A stretch of 64,000 nucleotides of DNA, taken from contig CAWDML010000008.1 in assembly GCA_963803435.1 (NCBI GenBank), positions 608,001-672,000 of the forward strand, read 5' to 3'. Source of the stretch: an uncultured delta proteobacterium. GTDB taxonomy: Bacteria > Myxococcota > Kuafuiibacteriia > Kuafuiibacteriales > Kuafuiibacteriaceae. Both the position numbers and the translations under genes were made by a program. Below, one piece after another: positions 19,357 through 29,650 of this stretch; within the stretch, counting starts at the first letter, position 1; each line of letters starts with the position of its first letter. The notes beneath the pieces are model-generated. The model saw only the letters and a program-made list of their open reading frames with translations, was not told the DNA's origin and did not search any database.

Positions 19357-20799
19357 CTAACTTGCGAAATGGGACCGCGAGCCGAACAGCGGCTGCAGGA
19401 CGAAATAGGCAAGCGTTCCCGACACCATGCCGGGCAGCACATCGTAGACGGCACTGGAGAGCTGGAGGCCGTAGCGCCATCCGATCACGGCGGCGATTCC
19501 GGTCAGCATCATCCCGATCGCCGTGGCCGGATGCACCGGGCGGCCGAGCACACGCAGCAGGAGCAGCGGTCCCAGGCCCGAGGCGAGCGCCGACCAGGAG
19601 AGCGTGACCAGCTGGAAGACGTTGTCGGTGCCGTACAGCGCGATCAAAAGCGCGGCCACGGTCACCACGATCGTGCCCATCTTTCCGATCGCGTAGGCGT
19701 GCTTGCTTCGCGGAAGCACGTCCTGGGTGAGGGAGGCCGCACAGGACAGCACCTGTGAGTCTGCGGTCGACATGGTCGCCGAGAAGAGCCCAGCCAGGAC
19801 CAGACCGACGAAGATCGCGGGCAGCAGCTGCAACGAGAGGAGGGGGAGGGCGAGCTCTTCGTCGAAGCTCGAGGCTGCGTGCCCACCGTCGAGGAGCGCG
19901 CGGCAGGCGACGCCCACCAGGATGCAGATCGCCGCGAAGAGCGCGTTCCAGAGGTTGTAGATGCGTCGGGCCGTCGGCATGTCGGCCGGAGAGCGGATCG
20001 TCATGGCCCGGACCATGATGTGCGGCTGGCCGATCGCGCCGACGCCGGCGACGAACCAGCCGACCAGATAGAGCCCGAATCCCAGCTTGAGATCCTGCGG
20101 CATGAAGGTGGTCAGCTTCGGATCGATCGCGTCCAGGCGGGCCCACAGGTTGCTCCATCCTCCGGTATGGACGACCGCCGTGACCAGCAGGAGGATCATG
20201 GACCCGATCATCACCATCGACTGGGCGGCGTCGGTCCAGATGGAGGCGCGGATGCCGCCAGCGTAGCAGTACACCACGATGATGACCGCGCCGATGATCG
20301 CGCCGGTCGCGTGCGGCCAGCCGAAGAGCGCCTGGAGCGCCTTGCTCCCGGCGCTCAGCTGCGCCGCCGAATAGGTGCCCAGAAAGATCACCACGATGAG
20401 ACCGGCGACCAGCGCGACCGGACGCGAGAGCGCGCCGTCCCGCCCTTGGGCCAGGAACGTCGGAATCGTGTGCGCATTGAACCTCTCGGTGCTTCGGCGC
20501 AGCCGCTCGTGGACGAAGTACCAGGTGAGCCAGTCGCCTAACACCCAGCCGACCATCAGCCACATCGCTGAGATTCCGGCCGTATAGGTGGCGCCGATGA
20601 GGCCGATGAACATGAAGCCGCTGTTGTTGCTGGCCACCGCCGACAGGGCCGCCAGCCACGGGCTCACGGAGCGTCCCGCCAGGAGATAATCGGTCTCCGA
20701 GTTGGTCGCGCGCGTCGCCGACCAGGCGCCGATGCCCACGAACACGAGCAGGAACGCGACGAACGATCCAGCGACCCAGAGGTCGAGTCCCTGCGCCAT
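19357..20799 (-). CDS. putP: Sodium/proline symporter (SSS family)
   Basis: DYLLAGRS, ALSAVASNNSGFMFIG, GGIRASIWTD, GQPHIMVRAM and ATMSTADSQ. Confidence 0.85.
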   Translation of the reverse strand: MAQGLDLWVAGSFVAFLLVFVGIGAWSATRATNSETDYLLAGRSVSPWLAALSAVASNNSGFMFIGLIGATYTAGISAMWLMVGWVLGDWLTWYFVHERLRRSTERFNAHTIPTFLAQGRDGALSRPVALVAGLIVVIFLGTYSAAQLSAGSKALQALFGWPHATGAIIGAVIIVVYCYAGGIRASIWTDAAQSMVMIGSMILLLVTAVVHTGGWSNLWARLDAIDPKLTTFMPQDLKLGFGLYLVGWFVAGVGAIGQPHIMVRAMTIRSPADMPTARRIYNLWNALFAAICILVGVACRALLDGGHAASSFDEELALPLLSLQLLPAIFVGLVLAGLFSATMSTADSQVLSCAASLTQDVLPRSKHAYAIGKMGTIVVTVAALLIALYGTDNVFQLVTLSWSALASGLGPLLLLRVLGRPVHPATAIGMMLTGIAAVIGWRYGLQLSSAVYDVLPGMVSGTLAYFVLQPLFGSRSHFAS

Positions 20800-20931
20800 C
20801 GCGCGCGAGTGTCCCGGATGGTGCAGAGGGCGCCCATCGAAAAGTGCCGTTCGTGTGCTCGCATGTCGCACTGGAGGCGTGGGACGGCCGCGCGATTGAC
20901 CGGCCCGACGCCGCCGACAACCCTTCCCGCC

Positions 20932-22030
20932 ATGCGTCCCCTCGTGCTGGTCCTATCGACGGTCTTCGGGCTGGCGGCTTGCAGCGCGGATCCGCTGTTC
21001 GAGCAGCCTCCCGACGTTGGCTCGGCGAGCGACGATGCCTCGGCGCCCGAGGACGGCGCCCTCGGGAAGCCGGCAGACGCGGCCGTGGACGCTGACGCCG
21101 GCGCCGAGGTCCCGGACGCCGGCGCCATCGACTCGGGCACCTCGGCGGACGCCGGAGCGCCAATCGAGCCCACCGAGCCCCCGCCGAATCCGCCCCTACT
21201 CGGGCGGCGCGTGTCCCCTGCTCTCGGCCGGCCCCACCTCGGCGAGCGGGCTGAACGAGGGCTTCGTGTCCGCGGGCGACACGCGGAGCTTCCGGCTCCT
21301 GGTACCGATGAGCTACGACGGCTCGCAGCCGATGCCGCTGGTGTTCGCGTGGCACTGGCTCAACGCGAGCAGCAACTCGTTCGTGCAGGACGGCGAGCTC
21401 GAGAGTGCGATCGAGGAGATGGGCTTCATCGCGGTCCTCCCGGACAAGCTCCTCAAGGCCAACGGAGACAAGGCGTATCTGTTCGACTGGCCCTTCGTCG
21501 AGGTCAGCAACGCCGAGAAGGAGCTCACCTTCTTCGACGACATGCTGAGCTGCGTGAGCGAGCAATTCTCGATCGATCCCACGCGCGTCTACGGCATCGG
21601 CGTGAGCGCGGGCGCGCTCTGGCTCACGTACCTGATGTCGACCGATCGCATCGACTACCTGGCGGCGGCCGAGTCGCTATCCGGCGGGCTCGGTGAGGTC
21701 GCGGGCGCCTGGGAGATGCAGTTCACGCCGCGCCCGCACAAGTTTCCGGCGGTCGTGCTCTGGGGCGGTCCGACCGACTGGCTGGGCGTGAACTTCGCCG
21801 AGGCCTCGATGCGCCTTCGGGATGCCTTGCTCATCGACGGGCACTTCGTCGTGGTCTGCACGCACGACGCAGGTCATGCGGTTCCGCCGATCGACGCGCC
21901 GCCCTGGAGCAACACGCGATTCTGGTCGCTCTGGCGGTTCATGCTCGATCATCCCTACGCTGTACGTCCCTCGCCCTACGAGAGCACCGGATTGCCGGCC
22001 GGCTTCCCCGATTGGTGCAGCCTCCCCTGA
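20932..22030 (+). CDS. Secreted alpha/beta-hydrolase (PHB depolymerase/LpqC-like esterase) lipoprotein, frameshift ~21196
   Basis: Lipobox LAAC and acidic linker in one frame. PLVFAWH, IDPTRVYGIGVSAGA (GxSxG) and HDAGH are in the +1 frame. Confidence 0.8.
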
Positions 22031-22061
22031 CGATCCGGATCGCGGTGTTATACTCGGAGGA

Positions 22062-22556
22062 ATGAAGAACTCCGGGACGGCCTACCTGCTGGCTCTGCTC
22101 GGCTTTCTCTCTCCGGTCGCCGGGATCCACCGCTTCTATCTAGGTCGACCGATCAGCGGCTTGTTCTACCTGATGACCTGGGGCTTTCTGGGCCTGGGCA
22201 CGCTGATCGATCTCTTCCTCATCCCGCGCATGGTCGACGACGAGAACCGGCGTCTGCTCTACCCCGGACATCCGATCCAAGGAGTCGGCGCGCTTCCCGC
22301 CGGCGCCCCGACCATGATCGCGCCGGCGTCCCCGCTCACCCCTGAGCACCAGATCCTCCGCTGCGCGCGGGAGAACGCGGGTGTCCTCACCGTCGAGATG
22401 GTGGCCCTCCATTCCGGGATGAGCCTCGCGAAGGCCAAGAAGGAGCTGGAGAGGCTGCGCGAGGACGGCTTCTGCTCGGTCGACGTGAGCACCGAGGGCA
22501 GCAAGCTCTACATCTTCCAGGGTCTTCGCTCCACCACGCCGCTCGACATCCTCTGA
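22062..22556 (+). CDS. TM2 domain protein with C-terminal winged-helix-like region
   Basis: GIHRFYLGRPISGLFYLMTWG..GLGTLIDLFLIP, with a GGAGG RBS. Confidence 0.88.
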   Translation: MKNSGTAYLLALLGFLSPVAGIHRFYLGRPISGLFYLMTWGFLGLGTLIDLFLIPRMVDDENRRLLYPGHPIQGVGALPAGAPTMIAPASPLTPEHQILRCARENAGVLTVEMVALHSGMSLAKAKKELERLREDGFCSVDVSTEGSKLYIFQGLRSTTPLDIL

Positions 22557-22612
22557 GTCGGTCGGCCGGTTGACGCCGTTCTCCGGTTGGCATGTGCTCC
22601 CAGGGCTGCGGG

Positions 22613-23431
22613 ATGATCAGCTTCGATCCGAACCAATACTTCTTCTGGCTGATCGTCGTCTCGACGCTCTGCTTCGCGCTCGAACGCACTTTCCCCTGGC
22701 GCGGCACGCAAGCCGCCTTTCGCAAGGGGTTCGGTCAGGACCTGTTCTGGCTCTTCTTCAACGGACACTTCGCAGCGCTCATCCTGGCGGTGCCGGTGGC
22801 CTGGCTCCTGACGCACATCCGCGCGGTCCTCCTCGCGGTCCACCTCAGCCCGCCCGAGGCTGCCGAGCTCCTCACCGGCACGCCCCCGTGGGTGCAGCTG
22901 ACGGTGCTCTTCGTGGTGCAAGACTTCCTGCAGTGGTGCATCCACAACCTGCTCCACCGCGTGCCGTGGCTGTGGCAGTTCCACAAGGTCCACCACAGCA
23001 TCGAAGAGCTCGACTGGATTGGAAACTTCCGCTTCCACTGGATGGAGCTCGTCGTCTACCGGGGCCTCACCTATCTGCCGCTGGCGATCCTCGGCGTCGA
23101 TGGCCGGGTGCTCCTCGTCAACGCGGTGATCGGGACGCTGTTCGGACACCTCAACCACGCGAACCTCCGGCTCGACTGGGGACCGTTCAAGTACGTCCTC
23201 AACTCGCCGCGCTTCCACGTGTGGCATCACGATCGGATTCTCCGCAGCGGCAAGGGCACGAACTACGCCATCGTGCTCTCGATCTGGGACTGGATCTTCG
23301 GGACTGCCTACTGGCCGGGCGGCAACAAGCAGCCGGCCGCGCTCGGCTTCGAAGGCGATGACTACTTCCCGTCCTCGCTGGTGGGCCGCTTCACCTATCC
23401 GGTGCTGCGTTGGCTCAGGAAGTCGTCTTGA
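22613..23431 (+). CDS. Sterol desaturase/fatty acid hydroxylase family protein
   Basis: His boxes HNLLH, HKVHH, HLNHAN and HVWHH. Confidence 0.9.
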   Translation: MISFDPNQYFFWLIVVSTLCFALERTFPWRGTQAAFRKGFGQDLFWLFFNGHFAALILAVPVAWLLTHIRAVLLAVHLSPPEAAELLTGTPPWVQLTVLFVVQDFLQWCIHNLLHRVPWLWQFHKVHHSIEELDWIGNFRFHWMELVVYRGLTYLPLAILGVDGRVLLVNAVIGTLFGHLNHANLRLDWGPFKYVLNSPRFHVWHHDRILRSGKGTNYAIVLSIWDWIFGTAYWPGGNKQPAALGFEGDDYFPSSLVGRFTYPVLRWLRKSS

Positions 23432-23651
23432 GCATCTTCTGGAGCGGCTCCCAGTAGTTTGCGTGCCAGCCCTTCTCGAGGTGCTCGCCCTGATCGTCCG
23501 GGAACCGAGCGTGATCGAGCAAAACGCCGGTGCGCTTGCCCTCCGGGCGAAGCTCGAAGCGCACGATCGAGTACAGACCCGCCGCCCAGCTCTTCGCTCT
23601 CCACGCCTGGACCAAGCGTTCGCCGGGAACGCGCTCCACGTTGCGCCCCAC
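23415..23651 (-). pseudogene. C-terminal remnant of an SRPBCC/AHSA1 protein
   Basis: GRNVERVPGERLVQAWR...GWHANYWEPL. The N-terminal half is absent. Confidence 0.7.
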
Positions 23652-23654
23652 GAG

Positions 23655-23821
23655 TCGAGCCAGGAGATGCCGACGCGGAGCGCGTCACGGTCGAGTTTCG
23701 CGCGCAGGGCGCGAAGACCGAGGTCGTCGTCACGCACGAGCGCATCGCCGACGAACGCACGCGACAAGACCACCAAATGGGTCGGGAGGGCTGCCTCGAC
23801 GGCCTGGCCGCTCACGTGTGA
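23655..23821 (+). pseudogene. C-terminal remnant of a second SRPBCC/AHSA1 protein
   Basis: ERVTVEFRAQGAKTEVVVTHERI...HQMG.EGCLDGL, with no N-terminus or convincing start. Confidence 0.65.
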
Positions 23822-24351
23822 TCCGCCGGCCAGCGGTAGAGCTGGGCCTCCCCCGCCAGCCCGCCCAGCGGCCGGCTGGCGGCGGCCGTCCGATCCCTGA
23901 AGCCGAAGCAGAGCGTGACTACCGGCGTCCCACGGCGAAGCTGCTGGTCGAGGAGCGTCGCCAGGCCCTTCATGGGCGCGATCATCAGGTACGCCGTCAC
24001 GGCATCGGCGTCGGCGAGCGCGGCCCGCCGATAGTCGCCGCGTACGATCCGGATGCGCGCGTCGTTGCGGGTCCGGAGCTTCGCGATCCACGAGGGCAGC
24101 GGCGAGATCTCGTAGCCGACGATCGTGGCCTCGGGAAACGCGCGCGCCAGACCGAGGGCGAGCGAGCCCCAGCCACAGCCCAGCTCGTAGATCCGCGCCT
24201 GGTGCGGAAGCCCCGCCTCCGCCAGGAGGGCTACGATGGTCTCGATCTCGCCCGACGTCGAGGGCACCGGTGGAACACCGGTCTTCGCGTGGTACCAGAG
24301 GATCGAGAGCGCGGCGGCGGCGACCACCGCGAGCACCACCAGCGAGCTCAC
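23812..24351 (-). CDS. Class I SAM-dependent methyltransferase with N-terminal TM
   Basis: GVPPVPS, YELGCGWG and GYEISP. GTG overlaps the upstream stop. Confidence 0.85.
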   Translation of the reverse strand: MSSLVVLAVVAAAALSILWYHAKTGVPPVPSTSGEIETIVALLAEAGLPHQARIYELGCGWGSLALGLARAFPEATIVGYEISPLPSWIAKLRTRNDARIRIVRGDYRRAALADADAVTAYLMIAPMKGLATLLDQQLRRGTPVVTLCFGFRDRTAAASRPLGGLAGEAQLYRWPADHT

Positions 24352-24760
24352 CCCGTGCCGAGCTCGCGGGCGAAGGCGCGACCGAAGTCCCCGACGGCGT
24401 CCGCGACGGGCTTGAGGATCCCGCGGCCGTGGTCGAGGACCCGGACCGCTCCGTTGCCGGCGTCGACCGTGTCGAAGTGCCGGTAGTAGAGCTCGGGTCC
24501 CAGGACGTGCTCGCGTCCGCGGCCGTCGGGGGTCAGGTGGGTCACGGCCATGGTCATGAGCCTGACCATGTGGCTGGCTCTGGGCGGGACCCCTCGCTGA
24601 TCGGGCGTCCCGTGCCGATCGCGCGCCGGATCGCCCCGTCAACCTGCTCTCGGGTTGCGCCGTGCACGAGGTATCCCTCCGAGGTCTTTTGGACTCGTGC
24701 CACGTCTTTTCGTATCGGATGAGCACCGAGGGTTGATGCGGAAGAAACAACATCGGGCAC
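24348..24760 (-). CDS. Hypothetical protein, probably frameshifted near 24570
   Basis: AGGAG RBS before GTG 24760. Two overlapping short ORFs appear to form one gene coupled to the methyltransferase. Confidence 0.4.
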
Positions 24761-24769
24761 CGAACTCCT

Positions 24770-24785
24770 GGGCACGGGGATTGCT
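24770..24785 (+). promoter_or_regulatory. sigma54 promoter
   Basis: GGGCACGGGGATTGCT (GG-N10-GC) just upstream of the 24798 gene. Confidence 0.6.
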
Positions 24786-24797
24786 CTTCGAGTAGGA

Positions 24798-26261
24798 GTG
24801 CTCAGCCGGAACCGCACGCTTCGAGTCGTCGAGTGGGTCCTGGTGCCCCCGCTCGCGCTCTGGCTGGGCTACCTGATCTTCGCAAATCTCTACCTCAACG
24901 CGAACGGTATCGAGCTCACGCTCGAGGCCGTCGACGATGTTGCCGACGTCGATCTCGGCTCCGCGTTCACTTGGTGGCCCGGGTACGTCATCGCGAAGGA
25001 CCTGCGAGTGATCGTCCACGACTCCAACGTCGAGATGGATCTCCGCATAGAGGACGTGCACGCGAACGTCACGCTGACGTCGCTCTTTTCAAAGGAGTTC
25101 GAGACGCGCACCGCGACGGTCGGCGGGGTGTCGCTCCGGCTGCGCAAGACTCGGCCGCTCGCCGGCCTTTGCCGTCAGCCGCGCGGGCTGCCGCCGATCG
25201 ATGGCCTCGCGCTGCCGCCGGGGGCTGGGCGCCGGAAGTGTCGTGACCAGGTCGATACCGCGCACCGGCGCGTCGGTCCGCCCACGCCGGCCGAGCGGCT
25301 CTTTCGCGTCCGGCTCGGCGGCCTGGTCATCCACGACCTTCGGGAGATCTGGATCGAGCCCTATCGCGTGACGGGAGCGATCGAGGCGTCGGGACGAATG
25401 AACTTCTGGCCGAAGAAGGAGGTCGGTTTTGCGATCGCCTCTCTTCGTGCGAGCGGGGTTGCGCTCGACATGGCCCAGGCGCGGCGGATCGAGGGCGCCG
25501 AGGTCACGGTCCGCGGGGCGATGGACAACCTCCAGATACAGCACGCCCCCTCTGCGACAATCTGGCGGGCGATCTCGATGCGGGCCAAGCTGAAGGTGCG
25601 CGATGTCGACCTCCAGCTGGTCGAGCGGATGATCTCGAACGCGGGACCGATCGCGCCGCCGAAGCTTCCTCACGTCGAAGGGCGAGCCCTGCTCGACGGA
25701 GAGCTGGTCATCCAGCGGGGCTGGACGCGGCGCGTGCGCGTCCATGCGGCGGCGATGCAGGCCAGCCTGCGGCTGGTGGAACGGACGATCTCCGGGCACG
25801 CCGTCGCTGATCTGACTCTGGTACCCGCCCCGGGTGGCCCCGGAGTGCTGGCGGTGAAGCAGGCGAGGGTGGTGCTGACCGACGTCGGGATCTCGGGCGA
25901 TGACGGCGTGGAGCGCTTCGAGGACGAGAAGCTGGAGGTGAACGCGCGCGGCGAGACCGTGCTGTCGCCGGCCAAGAAGCGGCTGAGCGTGAAGATCCAC
26001 GCCCGCTCGCGCCGGAGCGAGCCCCTGTTGGAGCTGATGCCGGGGGGCTTCAAGAAGGCCATCGCGAAGCTCCTCATCGACGACGACGCGCCGGCCACCG
26101 TGATCGCCGAGCTCTCCGTCGACGAAGATGTTGCCCGCTTCGAGCATCTGCTCCTCCAGGCGGGCGAGCTGCGAGTGGAAGGCCGCATGCGGCTCGCCCC
26201 TGATCCCGGCGGCCGGGCGCGGGTCTCGTACCGGGGTATCGAGCTCAACGTGGACCTTTGA
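24798..26261 (+). CDS. Hypothetical TM-anchored beta-rich protein (AsmA-like architecture)
   Basis: A single N-terminal TM followed by long beta-strand-rich sequence. Confidence 0.6.
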   Translation: MLSRNRTLRVVEWVLVPPLALWLGYLIFANLYLNANGIELTLEAVDDVADVDLGSAFTWWPGYVIAKDLRVIVHDSNVEMDLRIEDVHANVTLTSLFSKEFETRTATVGGVSLRLRKTRPLAGLCRQPRGLPPIDGLALPPGAGRRKCRDQVDTAHRRVGPPTPAERLFRVRLGGLVIHDLREIWIEPYRVTGAIEASGRMNFWPKKEVGFAIASLRASGVALDMAQARRIEGAEVTVRGAMDNLQIQHAPSATIWRAISMRAKLKVRDVDLQLVERMISNAGPIAPPKLPHVEGRALLDGELVIQRGWTRRVRVHAAAMQASLRLVERTISGHAVADLTLVPAPGGPGVLAVKQARVVLTDVGISGDDGVERFEDEKLEVNARGETVLSPAKKRLSVKIHARSRRSEPLLELMPGGFKKAIAKLLIDDDAPATVIAELSVDEDVARFEHLLLQAGELRVEGRMRLAPDPGGRARVSYRGIELNVDL

Positions 26262-26334
26262 CGTCTCCACGCGTTGCGCTGGCCTTTCCCCCTCCCCCTG
26301 AGGTACGAAGGGAGCGCGGATCGTTTGCGCACGA

Positions 26335-27282
26335 ATGGCCCGCGTGACGGAGCGCCGTCTACAGAAAGGGCTGAGCATGCACTCGTTCGCAGATCGACCC
26401 GCCGCGGTCGTCGATACCGAGCCCCCGTGGGACATCACGGATCCGCAACGGGCGGAGATCCGGTTGGGCCGCCTGAAGCAGGAGCTGATCGACGACCCCG
26501 CCCAGCGCGCTCGCGCGATCGAGGCCGCGACTCAGCTCGCGCGTGCCCAGGCCCTCCAGGGCAAGCTGGCGGAGGCCGATCGCACCCTCGACGAAGCCGA
26601 GCGTCTGCTCCCCGCGGTCACCGAGCTCCGCCCGCGGCTGCGTACGCTGCTCGAGCGCGGGCGACTGCTCGTGCTCCGGAAGACGCCCATGGAGGCACGC
26701 AATCGCTTTCTCGAGGTCTGGACGCTGGCGACCGAGGCAGACGACGACTTCAACGCGATCGACGCCGCCCAGATGATGTCGGTGGTCGAGACCAAGAAGA
26801 AGAAGAGCGAGTGGACCATTCGCGCGCTGGCGATGGCCGAGGCTTCGAAGGACCCGCGCGTGCGATCCTGGTGCGGACACCTCCACGCCGATCTCGGCTG
26901 GCACTTCGCCGAGCTGCTCCAGCTCGACCGCGCGCTGGAGAGCTTCCAGAGAGCGGCGTCCTGCTTCGCGCTCGAGGGCTCACCTCGGAATGCGAGCATG
27001 GCGCGCTGCTGGGCGGCGCGAACCCTCCGCATGATGGACCGCGTCGAAGAGGCGCTCACCATGCAGCAGGAGGTCCAGCTCGAGCTCAAGCAGCTCGGAG
27101 TGTCCGACGGCGTCGTGCTCGAGGAGATTGGCGAGTGCCTTCGCAGCCTGAAGCGGAACGAGGAGTCTCAGAGCTACTTCAAACGCGCCTATGATCTTCT
27201 CTCCACGGAGGAGTGGCTCACGAACAACGAGCCGGCGCGTATCAAGCGTTTGAAGACGCTGGGCAACGTCAAGCAGGCCTGA
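26335..27282 (+). CDS. TPR-repeat protein
   Basis: Helical repeats: TQLARAQALQG, AIDAAQM, DLGW.., and EEIGECL. Confidence 0.75.
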   Translation: MARVTERRLQKGLSMHSFADRPAAVVDTEPPWDITDPQRAEIRLGRLKQELIDDPAQRARAIEAATQLARAQALQGKLAEADRTLDEAERLLPAVTELRPRLRTLLERGRLLVLRKTPMEARNRFLEVWTLATEADDDFNAIDAAQMMSVVETKKKKSEWTIRALAMAEASKDPRVRSWCGHLHADLGWHFAELLQLDRALESFQRAASCFALEGSPRNASMARCWAARTLRMMDRVEEALTMQQEVQLELKQLGVSDGVVLEEIGECLRSLKRNEESQSYFKRAYDLLSTEEWLTNNEPARIKRLKTLGNVKQA

Positions 27283-28418
27283 CGCTGGAGCCCATTCGAG
27301 TCAAGTATCCGCCCCGCTCGGCGTTCTTCGACGAGCTGCAGCGACGAGTCAATCTCGACTTCGAACGCACCGGTCTCTCCTCGAAGGGCGACCTCCGGAT
27401 GTTCGCGAAGACCGGCCTCATCCTGGCCTGGTTTGCAGCCTCTTACCTGCTGATGGTCTTCGTCGCTACGGAGCTCTGGCAGGGGTTGCTGCTCTCGGTC
27501 TCGCTCGGGCTCGCCATGGCCGGGATCGGCTTCTCGATCCAGCACGACGCCAATCACGGCGGCTTTTCCGAGTCCAACCGCACCAACCGGCTCTTCGCGC
27601 TCACGCTCGATCTCCTTGGCGGGAGCTCGCACTACTGGACGCTCAAGCACAACGTCGTCCATCACACGTATCCCAACCTCGCGGGGCTCGACGACGACAT
27701 CGATCTCGGGCCGCTCGCCCGACTCGCGCCCCTCCAGCGACGGCGCGGATGGCATCGTCACCAGGCGCTCTACATCTGGGCGTTGTACGCGATGCTCGCG
27801 TTCAAGTGGCATTTCTTCGACGACTTCCGCGCGCTCGTGACCGGGCGGATCGGCGTGCACCGAGTGCCCAGACTCCGCACCGGGAGTCTCGTCACGATCA
27901 TCGCCGGCAAGATCGTCTTCTTCTCCTGGGCGCTCGCGCTCCCGCTCATGCTCCACCCGGTCGGGACGGTCGTGTTGTTCTTCGCGATCACTTCGATGAC
28001 GCTGGGCTTCACGCTCGCAGTGGTGTTCCAGCTCGCGCACTGCGTGGAGGAGGCCGGCTTTCCCTCCGCGTGGCGGGCCTCGGGCAAGCTCGAGGTGGAC
28101 TGGGCCACGCACCAGATGGATTCGACGGTCGACTTCGCCCGGAACAGTCGATGGCTGACCTGGTATGTGGGCGGCCTCAACCTCCAGATCGAGCATCACC
28201 TGTTCCCGCGGGTGTGCCACGTTCACTACCCGCGGATCGCCCGGATCGTGGAGAAGACCTGCGGCGAGTTCGGGATCCGCTACCGCACGAACGCGACGCT
28301 CTCCGGCGCCCTCCGCTCGCACTGGCGATGGCTCGATCGAATGGGCGACGTGCTGCCGCTGCCGGTTACGGCCTCGACAGGAGCGGCTCCAGCTGATCGT
28401 GCACCGGAACGAACGTGA
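27279..28418 (+). CDS. Fatty acid desaturase (linoleoyl-CoA desaturase-like)
   Basis: His boxes HDANH, HNVVHH and QIEHHLFP. Start uncertain. Confidence 0.92.
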   Translation: MTLEPIRVKYPPRSAFFDELQRRVNLDFERTGLSSKGDLRMFAKTGLILAWFAASYLLMVFVATELWQGLLLSVSLGLAMAGIGFSIQHDANHGGFSESNRTNRLFALTLDLLGGSSHYWTLKHNVVHHTYPNLAGLDDDIDLGPLARLAPLQRRRGWHRHQALYIWALYAMLAFKWHFFDDFRALVTGRIGVHRVPRLRTGSLVTIIAGKIVFFSWALALPLMLHPVGTVVLFFAITSMTLGFTLAVVFQLAHCVEEAGFPSAWRASGKLEVDWATHQMDSTVDFARNSRWLTWYVGGLNLQIEHHLFPRVCHVHYPRIARIVEKTCGEFGIRYRTNATLSGALRSHWRWLDRMGDVLPLPVTASTGAAPADRAPERT

Positions 28419-29058
28419 GGACGTCGTCACAATCGATCCCGTCGGAGGGCCCGCTCACGTACCCGCCCGCACCGATCCCCACCAGGCGATCGCGCGCGTA
28501 CAGCGGGGTGCCATTCTCGCCGTGACAAGGGACGGTCCCCTCGGGGAAGCGAACGCTGATCAGATCGGGTGGTCCGCCCTCCACCCACGTTCCCTCGACG
28601 GTGGTCTGCTCGAACGAGTCTCCGCGGCTCGCGTACTCCGAGGTCATCATCGAGAGCGGCCCGCTCGGATCGTCTCCGGTCTTCGCGGGCGCGTGGTCTT
28701 CGATCGGTGACGCCAGCGTGAGCACTGCCAGGTTCATCGTCGGATCGAACGTGTCAGCGTAGCGTGGATGGATGCGGGCGGAGCGAATCTCGGTCGCGCG
28801 CCCGGAGCGGCGGGTGTCGAACGTGAATCGCAGGTTCTCGAACGCTCGATCCTTCACGCAGTGGGCCGCGGTCAGCACGAGGTCCGGCTCGATGAGGACG
28901 GCGCCGCACCACGGATCCACGAGCGAGGTCTCGTACAGGAGCACGCCCGAGGATCCCTGAACGATCGGGCTCGCGATCGTAGCGTGCTCGCCCTCCGGGG
29001 CGGGTTGGCCACAGCCGGCCAGCAGAGAAACCCACAACAACGGCTGGATCGCCCTCAC
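28366..29058 (-). CDS. Trypsin-like S1 lipoprotein, catalytic Asp and Ser replaced
   Basis: Lipobox LAGC, IVQG and TAAHC are present, but it has NLAVL and CHGENGTP instead of DxAxL and GDSGGP. Confidence 0.8.
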   Translation of the reverse strand: MRAIQPLLWVSLLAGCGQPAPEGEHATIASPIVQGSSGVLLYETSLVDPWCGAVLIEPDLVLTAAHCVKDRAFENLRFTFDTRRSGRATEIRSARIHPRYADTFDPTMNLAVLTLASPIEDHAPAKTGDDPSGPLSMMTSEYASRGDSFEQTTVEGTWVEGGPPDLISVRFPEGTVPCHGENGTPLYARDRLVGIGAGGYVSGPSDGIDCDDVLTFVPVHDQLEPLLSRP

Positions 29059-29109
29059 GCCTCCGATGCAGGTGCAACAACCGAGCCCGCGTCGAGCGGC
29101 AGTGTTGAC

Positions 29110-29643
29110 TCAGAGGGGCTCGACGCGGCTCTCGGCGAGGGCCTGGTCGAGCGCCGTTGCGAGCGCGCGGCGGCGCGGGCTGGCGTAGATGCTGCCGATC
29201 TTCTCTCCGGTCCCGTGGCCCACGAACGTTCGGTCGCCAACCTCGACGGTGACCTCGGCCGAGACGCGCTGCCGTCCGATGGCGACGCCGAGCGTCGCGG
29301 GGAGCCACGCGACGACCGCGATGCCGTCCTCGCGCATGGCGTCGTAGATGTCGTATTTCCACTCGAGATCGACCCGCACGCTGACCTTGGCCCGCTGCGC
29401 TGCGCCTCCCGAGCGGGCCCCGAGGGCGCGCTCCAGGATCTCGGCGGTCTGGCCCCGGACCTCGCTCGCCAGGGCGGCGTCCGCAGGTCGATCGCCGTCC
29501 ATGACGATCACGTCTTCGAGCTCCAGGTGCGCAGGAGCGATCGGGAGCGATTCGGGGATGTGGACGGCCGGCGTCGCATACGCGCAGGCGGCGAGGTTCA
29601 AGAGGAGCAGAGCGCGGGCGGGCACCGCGATGGAGGAATTCAT
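29110..29643 (-). CDS. Hypothetical lipoprotein
   Basis: Lipobox LAAC. Co-oriented with its neighbours. Confidence 0.6.
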   Translation of the reverse strand: MNSSIAVPARALLLLNLAACAYATPAVHIPESLPIAPAHLELEDVIVMDGDRPADAALASEVRGQTAEILERALGARSGGAAQRAKVSVRVDLEWKYDIYDAMREDGIAVVAWLPATLGVAIGRQRVSAEVTVEVGDRTFVGHGTGEKIGSIYASPRRRALATALDQALAESRVEPL

Positions 29644-29650
29644 TGGCAAG

